Source of the DNA: Candidatus Bathyarchaeota archaeon
Lineage (GTDB): Archaea; Thermoproteota; Bathyarchaeia; 40CM-2-53-6
DNA length: 64,000 nt
Reading direction: 5' to 3'
Assembly (NCBI GenBank): GCA_005888635.1
Contig: VBAW01000018.1
Location: 11,391 to 75,390, forward strand
Part shown: one piece after another, positions 56,683 through 64,000 of the stretch
How positions within the stretch are numbered: the stretch's first letter is position 1
Layout: each line of letters starts with the position of its first letter
Program-made: the position numbers and the translations under genes
The notes under the pieces: generated by a model
What the model saw: the letters and a program-made list of their open reading frames with translations, nothing else
Database searches by the model: none
Told to the model about the DNA's origin: nothing

Positions 56683-57771
56683 ATGGGTCTTCCTGAAAAG
56701 ATCAAGCAGATAGAGGAGGAGATGAAGAAGACCCAGATCAATAAGCACACCGAGCATCATATCGGACTATTGAAGGCGAAGCTTGCCAGAATACGGGCGG
56801 AACTTGAGGCTTCCACTTCGAAGGGTGGGGGTCCAGCTTTTGAGATTCGCAAAGGCGGGGATGCCACTGTTGTCCTGATCGGTCTCCCCAGCGTTGGCAA
56901 GTCCACTATCCTCAATCGTCTGACGAATGCGAAGTCGAAGATTGCTGCCTACGCGTTCACGACGCTAACTGTAGTCCCGGGAATATTGCGATACAACGGC
57001 GCTGACATTCAGATTCTCGACCTCCCGGGAATTATCAGCGGTGCCTCCTCTGGGAGAGGGAGAGGGCGCAGAGTCCTCTCTGTGGCACGTAACGCTGACC
57101 TTGTCCTGTTGGTCCTGGACGTTTTTCAGCCAGGTCAAGTAGAACTGTTGAAGCGTGAGCTTCACGAGATGGGTATTCGAATCAACCAGAAGCCACCCGA
57201 TGTGGTGATAACAAAGTCCGGCAAAGGAGGGCTAGCCCTGACAACCAGCGTCAAACTGACCAAGCTCTCTCAGGCCACAGTCAAAGGGATAGCAGAGGCG
57301 TACGGGCTGACCAATGGCAGCATTCTGATCCGTGAAGACATCACGGACGACCAGCTCATCGACGTCTTAACTGGGAACAGAAGATACGCTTCAGCACTCG
57401 TCGTCCTTAACAAAGTGGACCTCGTCAACGAGCAGTACCTTGCTGTCGTGAAGAGACAAGTTGGAACTGATTTCGTGCCCATATCTGCCGAGAAGGGTCT
57501 AAACATTGACCTGCTTACCGAACGAATATGGGAGACGCTGGATTTCAAAAGGATCTACCTGAAGCGTCCAGACGGAGAGCCTGATTTCGAGAAGCCTCTC
57601 ATACTTCCCTCCGGATCAACTCTGCGGGATGTCTGCAAGAAGGTTCATCCCCGATTCGTGGAGGGTGCAAAGTATGCTCTCGTCTCAGGGTCCAGCGTGA
57701 AATATGGAGGGCAAAGGGTGGGACTGGACCATATCCCAAACGATCAGGACATAGTAACCATTATGAGATGA
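56683..57771 (+). CDS. drg: DRG (OBG family) GTPase with TGS domain
   Basis: TEHHIGLLKAKLA, GLPSVGKS, YAFTTL, DLPG, NKVD, QRVGLDH. Confidence 0.95.
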   Translation: MGLPEKIKQIEEEMKKTQINKHTEHHIGLLKAKLARIRAELEASTSKGGGPAFEIRKGGDATVVLIGLPSVGKSTILNRLTNAKSKIAAYAFTTLTVVPGILRYNGADIQILDLPGIISGASSGRGRGRRVLSVARNADLVLLVLDVFQPGQVELLKRELHEMGIRINQKPPDVVITKSGKGGLALTTSVKLTKLSQATVKGIAEAYGLTNGSILIREDITDDQLIDVLTGNRRYASALVVLNKVDLVNEQYLAVVKRQVGTDFVPISAEKGLNIDLLTERIWETLDFKRIYLKRPDGEPDFEKPLILPSGSTLRDVCKKVHPRFVEGAKYALVSGSSVKYGGQRVGLDHIPNDQDIVTIMR

Positions 57772-57836
57772 ACAGCGGGGGATTCTTCCATCTCCATTAA
57801 CCGGTAGACTTTTGAGACGGAGAAGGCGAAACCCAA

Positions 57837-59417
57837 TTGCTAGTCAGACTTGTGAAAAACCAACCATCCAAAGGCCCTGAAAAGGCATCACGATCCAGCA
57901 TCAAGACCCTCCTCGTAGTAACTCTAGTGGCTTTGATCGCAGCAACCGCCTGGTCAACGGGCTGGATTCCATTCCTGCCAGTTGCCCACGCCCAAGGCGT
58001 TGCGAAAGTGGCGGTCAACCCTTCCAGCATATCGAGCTTGGCACTTGTTCAAGGCACCACCTTGACTTTTCAAGTGAGCGTCATCGATTCACAGCCATTC
58101 AGCGGCTTCCAAATCGCACTACTCTACAATCACAGCGTACTGCAGTTCCAAGGATTGGACATCTCGGGAGGGGTCTTAGGCAACGATGCAGTCTTTTCTT
58201 CGGAGTGCGTGAACGGCACAGGTCCCTATTGTTTTCCTGACTCAAGGTTTGATGGCATCGGAGTTGTAAGCGTTGATCTTTTTACTGACTCCGGTCTCAA
58301 CACAACAGCGTCAAGTGGGAAGCTGTTCAGCGTCACCTTCACTGTCGTAAACATGGGCTTCTCCTCGATACACATTGTATACGATGTGCTTGTAGCCTTG
58401 AGTGCCAGCGCTCCACTAGGATTGATATTCATACCTGCAGTTCCATACGACGGATACTTCACGAACATTGATTGTCCAGCCGCAAGTGGAACTCCATGCA
58501 AACCACCGACCGTATCCTTCAATCCTCCACCGAGCCCGATTGCAAATCAACCCGAGTTTTTCAACGCCTACGCAGTATCGCAGAATCTTAACGGCAGGAT
58601 TTCACAGTACAATTGGACATGGACGATGGGCCTAGAGCAGCGCTATTACAATAGCCCTGCTCAAGGGAGTTTGACACCATCGACGAATATCACAATCACA
58701 TTTCCGGATCCTGGTCCGTGGGTGGTGACTCTCAGTGTGCAAGACAATTACGGAGCTAGAATCTATTATGTGCTGACCATAGATGTTCATCAAATTGGGG
58801 TCTCAGTTTCAATATTCTATACGGATCCCGACATGCATCCCCTACCATCCGATTCGGATGGAAATCCGATGGTCAATGCGATCATCACTGGCGGTATTCT
58901 AAGGAGCATGACCCCCGGCCACGTCTTAGCTTGGGTCAACGTGACAAACACTTCCGGGTCACCGCTGAAATCGCTCAAGTTGAATGTGACGCTTCCCCTT
59001 GACTGGGCGGTCAATCCTGCTTGGTTGCCAGCCAAGGGAGCGATACACGTCTACTACGCTAATACGACGGATCTCGCGACGAATCCGGAGATCACACAGC
59101 CCTCAACAATCACTGTTTCAACAGGAAATCCAATGTTAGTCCAGGTAGAAATACAGAGCTTTAACGCGACCGTCATGGGGCATCCACTATTGACTGCTGA
59201 GAGCATTCTGCTATCGGTCAAGCTGAGCTACACTCTGACCGGGACAACGCAGTCAGCCATGAGCTATCCGCGAAACTATAGTAGCACAGCTTCTCTGATG
59301 GTTTGGACTGGTCCAGAATTCACAGGCAACGATGCGGCTGGCCAAGGCTCGTTCTTCTTCAGAGTGTTCGCGGAGAGTCTGGGGCGGCATGGAATACGTG
59401 GGGTCACGGTTGTTTAA
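57837..59417 (+). CDS. Secreted cohesin-like plus PKD-domain surface protein
   Basis: Signal peptide (PVAHA); VAVNP..FQVSV..FSGFQIALLYNHSVL..GKLFSVTFTV; PKD-like YNWTW..PGPWVVTLSVQD. Confidence 0.72.
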   Translation: MLVRLVKNQPSKGPEKASRSSIKTLLVVTLVALIAATAWSTGWIPFLPVAHAQGVAKVAVNPSSISSLALVQGTTLTFQVSVIDSQPFSGFQIALLYNHSVLQFQGLDISGGVLGNDAVFSSECVNGTGPYCFPDSRFDGIGVVSVDLFTDSGLNTTASSGKLFSVTFTVVNMGFSSIHIVYDVLVALSASAPLGLIFIPAVPYDGYFTNIDCPAASGTPCKPPTVSFNPPPSPIANQPEFFNAYAVSQNLNGRISQYNWTWTMGLEQRYYNSPAQGSLTPSTNITITFPDPGPWVVTLSVQDNYGARIYYVLTIDVHQIGVSVSIFYTDPDMHPLPSDSDGNPMVNAIITGGILRSMTPGHVLAWVNVTNTSGSPLKSLKLNVTLPLDWAVNPAWLPAKGAIHVYYANTTDLATNPEITQPSTITVSTGNPMLVQVEIQSFNATVMGHPLLTAESILLSVKLSYTLTGTTQSAMSYPRNYSSTASLMVWTGPEFTGNDAAGQGSFFFRVFAESLGRHGIRGVTVV

Positions 59418-59551
59418 GGTCCGATTCATGAAACCTGGATTTCCTAAGATTTGCTGGTATGAAACCGATCTGGGAAGATGTCGACCGTCAATCGTCTCGT
59501 TTCACAATCGTGTCTATGGGACGATTTCGACACTGATAATCGCATATATCT

Positions 59552-59789
59552 CTAGGATTTCTGGTCTCTTTTTCCGAGGCTGAATTCGTCATGAATTGAT
59601 CTAACGGCTTCAGGTCCATCCTTTTCGCGTGTTACGAACGATATGTCGTATTCTGACGAGCCTTGAGCCACCATGCGCACATTGACCTTTTTTCCCTGCC
59701 ACGGCTCCGAATACTCTTGCCGCGACCCCGGGTGTGCCTTTCATACCTGATCCAACGACTGCTATGATGCAATCGTCTCTTTCCTCAAG
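59552..59789 (-). pseudogene. lysC: Aspartokinase C-terminal ACT-domain remnant
   Basis: CIIAVVGSGMKGTPGVAARVFGAVAGK / KVNVRMVAQGSSEYDISFV...VRSIHDEF; one extra base in the homopolymer at 59688-59693; no kinase domain. Confidence 0.85.
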
Positions 59790-59794
59790 AGGGC

Positions 59795-60550
59795 TTAGAT
59801 CAGTTTGAAGTCTGTTTGTGGAATATCCGCTCGGATCATGCTTCCGCTGCTGCCGTCAATGATGGCGTTGTAGCTTTTTCCCTTGTACTCGTATTGTAGG
59901 AACCAGAGTGGTGCGTGAAGATAGGTGGGCTTCTCAATGCTGAAACTTGTGTCGAACCGTGTTACTTGGTCCACTTCCTGTTTCAGGAGGAATCTTTGGT
60001 TCTCCTCAACTTCATTTTTCGCTCGAATGACAGCTTCATCGCTGTCTAGTTCGCTATTCAGAAATTTTGCCTGAGGCTCTATCTTGGTGAAGTCGAAGGG
60101 TATCTTGCCTTCAGCCGGCACTCTGTAGTCCCGGGTTGGGAAGTCCGCGGCCTTTCTTCCTAAGACCAGCCAGTCGTACTGGTTCTGGATTGTCCCTTTT
60201 CGTGGTGTGGGTGGTGAGATTCTTTCGAGCATTCCTTCGTATGTGCTGGTGGCGGTGAGGTGTACTAGCCAGAAGGGAAGGTATCTGAGTTCTAGCATAG
60301 TGACCTTGCTTCTCTTAGCAAGGTCTCCTGGTTTCATGAATCCGGACCTCATCCAGTCCTGTAGATCCTGAGTAATTCGTGCGTTGTTGAGGTTGTTGAC
60401 TATGAGGCTGTGCTGGAGCTGAAATGGAGCGTTCGCACCCACAACAGACGTATAGCCGCAATATCTACAAGTAGCCACTAGCTCGCCCGGAGATAGATTG
60501 AGCTGGGCTCCGCAATTCGGACATTTGATCTCTGAAACAATCTGAGACAT
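59795..60550 (-). CDS. Zn-ribbon domain protein
   Basis: CPNCGA..CRYCG, YLPFW, PLW..YEYKGKSY..IIDG. Confidence 0.8.
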   Translation of the reverse strand: MSQIVSEIKCPNCGAQLNLSPGELVATCRYCGYTSVVGANAPFQLQHSLIVNNLNNARITQDLQDWMRSGFMKPGDLAKRSKVTMLELRYLPFWLVHLTATSTYEGMLERISPPTPRKGTIQNQYDWLVLGRKAADFPTRDYRVPAEGKIPFDFTKIEPQAKFLNSELDSDEAVIRAKNEVEENQRFLLKQEVDQVTRFDTSFSIEKPTYLHAPLWFLQYEYKGKSYNAIIDGSSGSMIRADIPQTDFKLI

Positions 60551-60626
60551 GGCCAGGATTTTCCTCTTCTTCTGGGCTAGAATTAAAGAAGGGCCGGATT
60601 AAGTTCTCTAGGATCGGAGATGGATC

Positions 60627-61676
60627 ATGGCGGGACTTGGGGCCTTGAAGCGTACGATGAGCTTCACGATCATCCTAGTATTCGCCATATTTCTGGGTCT
60701 TATCACTCTGATCTCCGTCTTCTTCATCTCAGACCCCGTCACAACACTGGTTCTGAGTCTGACTGGCGCCTTCTTCATAATTCTGCTGCAATATCTGATC
60801 GGTCCTGTCATAGTCAAAGCTACTAGCCGGCTCCACTATCTCGCTCCTGGTGAGAACCGATGGCTGGAGACGAAGGTTTCCCAGATGGCGTCAACGTCTG
60901 GCATTCCAATGCCACGATTAGCCATTTCGCCAGACCCTACGCCGAATGCGTTCGTGTTTGGCCGGACCCAGAAGAGCGCTACGCTGGCGGTCCATCAGGG
61001 ATTGCTCCAGCGCTTGGATGAGGACGAGATCGAGGGTGTTATTGCTCACGAGCTTGGTCATGTCAAGCATCGTGACTTTATCGTTGTTACAATGATCTCA
61101 GCCATACCGTTGGTCGCGTATCTTATCGCACGGTCTGTCCTCTGGGGAGGCTACGTCAGCGGGTATGGCGGTCGGGGGTCTAATCGGAACAATAGTGCCG
61201 GGGCGCTGATAATCATCGCCGTCGTTGCTTACGTCGTCTATATCCTGACAACATTGCTGGCTTTGAGGCTGACGCGTCTGCGCGAGAGCTACGCCGACGC
61301 CTACTCCGCATACCTGACAAAACAGCCCAGAGAATTAGAGAGCGCTCTGACCAAGATAGCTTACGGATTGTCCTTGGCTCCAGGCGAGCCGCATGGTGCT
61401 AGAGCCTTCTTCATTGAAGACCCGGCGCAAGCAAAACAGGATGTGGCACAGATAATGGATCAGAAGTCAAAGTACGATTTGGACCATGACGGTGTCCTGA
61501 GTGAGCGCGAGTTGGAGATGGCTATGGAGGCTGAAGCCAAGTCGAACTGGCGGAAGGCGGCTCAACTCTTCATGACCCACCCGCCCACCTACAAGCGGAT
61601 TCTCATGTTACGAGAGATTGAAGAAGAAATGAACACAGGAACTTTTCAAGAGTCAAACATCTACAATCATGTCTGA
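60627..61676 (+). CDS. htpX: M48 zinc metalloprotease HtpX
   Basis: PNAFVFG, HELGH, RLRESYAD, THPP. Confidence 0.92.
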   Translation: MAGLGALKRTMSFTIILVFAIFLGLITLISVFFISDPVTTLVLSLTGAFFIILLQYLIGPVIVKATSRLHYLAPGENRWLETKVSQMASTSGIPMPRLAISPDPTPNAFVFGRTQKSATLAVHQGLLQRLDEDEIEGVIAHELGHVKHRDFIVVTMISAIPLVAYLIARSVLWGGYVSGYGGRGSNRNNSAGALIIIAVVAYVVYILTTLLALRLTRLRESYADAYSAYLTKQPRELESALTKIAYGLSLAPGEPHGARAFFIEDPAQAKQDVAQIMDQKSKYDLDHDGVLSERELEMAMEAEAKSNWRKAAQLFMTHPPTYKRILMLREIEEEMNTGTFQESNIYNHV

Positions 61677-61756
61677 CCAGAGTTTCGCCTCCGCTTACCA
61701 GTCCAACTACAATAGTACTATAAACAAGGGATAGTCTGAGGTTTGTTGAATCTGCA

Positions 61757-62131
61757 ATGAATCGTGTTCCCTGGGCGCCTCTCAACGGCAGCGTTTTCCT
61801 AATAATTCTCGGGGGGCTCATCCTGGCATCACTCCTCACCGGGCTAAACATTTTCGCAGTCTTTCCCTTGGTCTTTACGTTCTTCGGAGCGTGGATGATC
61901 GTTGAAGCATTTGTTTTTCCTCCAGCGAACTCGTATGCTCCGCCCAGGATAATGGTGGTAGGCTGGGGTGCTCTGATGACCGGTTTCGGAGTTCTCTTGC
62001 TTGTCTCGTACTTTGCCGCTATACTGTTGCCTGTCGTGTTCGCGGTGATCTTGATCGTCGTGGGAATAGCTGGTGTCGGCTACAGTTTCAGAAAGTCAAG
62101 TCCCGGCACGCCGAAGACCTCCACGTCCTAG
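61757..62131 (+). CDS. Four-TM membrane protein
   Basis: Four hydrophobic segments. Confidence 0.7.
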   Translation: MNRVPWAPLNGSVFLIILGGLILASLLTGLNIFAVFPLVFTFFGAWMIVEAFVFPPANSYAPPRIMVVGWGALMTGFGVLLLVSYFAAILLPVVFAVILIVVGIAGVGYSFRKSSPGTPKTSTS

Positions 62132-62134
62132 CCC

Positions 62135-62845
62135 GTGTTTGACCCTAAGGCGCGGTATGTCCGGAGCCTCTTCTCAAAGGTCCCGTTAGAATACGATATT
62201 CTCTTGAGCCTGCTTTCCTTCGCGCAAGATAGGCGATGGCGAGCCTATGTCGTAGACCACACCAGACAGAAGCTCAATGAACGGATACTTGACGTGGCTA
62301 CCGGGACTGGGCTTTTGGCCGCTGAGTTCGCTAGGATCGTTTCTCGCGACGGGTTTGTCGTTGGCGTGGACCTTACACTCTCCATGCTGAAGACCGCCAG
62401 GTGGAGGTTGCAAGCAAGGAACGTTGGAGAGAGGGTTGACTGGGTCTTGGCCCGGGCTGAGAATCTTCCGTTCCGTGATGATTGTTTCGGATCTGCCTCC
62501 ATCAGCCTCGCCCTCAGAAACGTCTCCAGTGCCCAGATGACTTTTCGAGAAATGTCACGCGCCACGGTCCCGGGCGGAGTCGTCATATCATTGGACTTCG
62601 CTCGTCCACACAGCCGCCTCTTCCAGATCTTCTACTACGACTATCTCCTCGGTCTCTTCCCATTCTTCGGCCGAATGGTTTCAGAAGCTTGGGGCAGGAC
62701 ATTGTCCTACTTGGGCCGATCTATCTTGAGAGCGAGAACCGGAGAACAGATTGCGAATCTACTGAGGGAGGAAGGTCTCGTTGACGCAGTGTCTGTCCCC
62801 TTGACCGCCGGAATTGTCTGTGCAGTCTACGGAAAGAAGCCGTGA
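62135..62845 (+). CDS. ubiE: UbiE/MenG-family methyltransferase
   Basis: YD..LSF.QDRRWR, LDVATGTG, AENLPF, ALRNV, YLGRSI, LTAGI. Confidence 0.85.
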   Translation: MFDPKARYVRSLFSKVPLEYDILLSLLSFAQDRRWRAYVVDHTRQKLNERILDVATGTGLLAAEFARIVSRDGFVVGVDLTLSMLKTARWRLQARNVGERVDWVLARAENLPFRDDCFGSASISLALRNVSSAQMTFREMSRATVPGGVVISLDFARPHSRLFQIFYYDYLLGLFPFFGRMVSEAWGRTLSYLGRSILRARTGEQIANLLREEGLVDAVSVPLTAGIVCAVYGKKP

Positions 62846-62855
62846 GACACTATTG

Positions 62856-63134
62856 TTATCTCCTGCGTTCGGTTGGATTCACGGCGCTCGGGTCCACGTA
62901 TCGTTGTGGTGGTGGCAGAGGTGGGCGAGATTTGCCTCTGAAATATCGTTCCAGAATCCATCTGATGACCACATACACTATCGAAAAACCGATGATGTAT
63001 TCGACTATCGCTGTGACTGCTCCTAGCCAGCCTGAGTTGTAGAGATTCAGTTCTATGTCCACACGGCCTTGCAATTGCAAGAAAGCGAGAGTAAGTATCG
63101 CCGCCCAGACAGTCACCCTCTCTTTAGTATCCAT
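62856..63134 (-). CDS. Small two-TM protein
   Basis: Two hydrophobic segments, Pro-rich tail. Confidence 0.55.
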   Translation of the reverse strand: MDTKERVTVWAAILTLAFLQLQGRVDIELNLYNSGWLGAVTAIVEYIIGFSIVYVVIRWILERYFRGKSRPPLPPPQRYVDPSAVNPTERRR

Positions 63135-63294
63135 GTTCCGAAATTCCTGAGATGCTACTTGGCCCTTCGTATCTCCAAACCAAATCTGCATTGAACAGCT
63201 GGGTTCAAACTACAACACTCTCTATCATGTTCTCTCTCTGTGTGTCTGCGTCAGCGATAGTACGCAAACGCGATCGCTAAATAGGGTGAAGCTA

Positions 63295-63963
63295 TCAGGT
63301 CGTGCCGGTCAGGGCAGAAAAAACTCCGCTTGCGAAGAAGATGAGTCCGAAGGAGAGAAGAACGACTCCGGCTATCAGATCCAACAACCACCTCGGTACT
63401 CTCATCAGATAGTCGTAGGAGACTGCCGAGACGGCAATTAGGACGATGAGGCTCACGGCCGCGCCAATCAAGGTCCACTGGATATTGAACGCCCCAGCCG
63501 CCGCCAAAACGAGGCTCGCTTCAAACCCTTCGGTGAGAGTAATTGTTAGGACGGGGAGGGAGTTCGGGACGGAGAAGCGGATTGGTTGAGTTGAGTCGAT
63601 TGCACCTTCCCGCTTCAGATCTTTCTCAATCACCTCTTTTCCCATTCGAGCCATCTTTTCTCTGAAGGACTTGTGCCTGAAAGCATACTTGATGAATCCA
63701 CGCAGAAAGCGGCTTGAGAAGTAGAACAGAACTGTCGCCGTTGCAAAGTCGATGATGATGGCGGGAAGTAGGAGGAAGATCCGCCATACGACCAGGAAAG
63801 TGAGGATTGAGCCTAGTCCCCCAGCAATGACTCCGAAGAGGATGTTATTCCTCCCCAGTTGTTTTATCGTTGCAAGTGAAAGAATGGCAACTTCGCTTCC
63901 TTCAATCAGTATGGCCTTGAAAGCGAGGAGGAACGATCCGATTATGATGACTGTATCAGTCAT
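63295..63963 (-). CDS. FTR1/COG4280-like membrane protein, putative metal transporter
   Basis: Duplicated intramembrane motif IEGSE / TEGFE, six TM segments. Confidence 0.7.
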   Translation of the reverse strand: MTDTVIIIGSFLLAFKAILIEGSEVAILSLATIKQLGRNNILFGVIAGGLGSILTFLVVWRIFLLLPAIIIDFATATVLFYFSSRFLRGFIKYAFRHKSFREKMARMGKEVIEKDLKREGAIDSTQPIRFSVPNSLPVLTITLTEGFEASLVLAAAGAFNIQWTLIGAAVSLIVLIAVSAVSYDYLMRVPRWLLDLIAGVVLLSFGLIFFASGVFSALTGTT

Positions 63964-64000
63964 TCGGTTTCGATCCTTGCCCTTTTCCGCACGTTGCTGG

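Noticed and set aside
59686-59696. Programmed frameshift at GGGAAAAAAGG in the lysC remnant
   Set aside because: The fragment lacks a start and kinase domain; a homopolymer indel in a dead gene is simpler
1-64000. CRISPR arrays, rRNA, tRNA, transposases, integrases
   Set aside because: None recognised by manual reading; small or intron-split RNAs could be missed without covariance searches

Overview
Gene-dense 64 kb chromosomal segment of an archaeon. The DRG GTPase, archaeal-type CoaBC and PurE, split PurS/PurQ/PurL, TATA-proximal starts and cohesin/PKD surface proteins suggest a Bathyarchaeia-like soil lineage, but that assignment is inference. The core is a large minus-strand de novo purine cluster (purS-purQ-three small membrane ORFs-purL; purF-purD-HIT-nucleotidyltransferase-purN-folD-GNAT-5-FCL-purE-purC-purM) plus a separate purH split into two genes, i.e. 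a fully folate-dependent route. Main observations: (1) two tandem ~1050-aa circularly permuted family-5 solute-binding proteins with 42 and 44 paired cysteines and a degenerate dockerin-like tail, flanking a lone OppB permease near a cohesin-PKD protein; (2) a 22-bp motif with a TACA-N4-TGTA palindrome at the same spacing from a TATA-like box in front of both purS and purF, a candidate archaeal purine operator; (3) several intact-looking genes with no ATG/GTG/TTG at the expected start; (4) three aminoglycoside-nucleotidyltransferase-like genes; (5) an orphan SPPY methyltransferase near a divergent MORC-like GHKL ATPase; (6) two pseudogene remnants. No rRNA, tRNA, CRISPR array or mobile element was recognised. 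All assignments come from manual motif reading; no searches were run.
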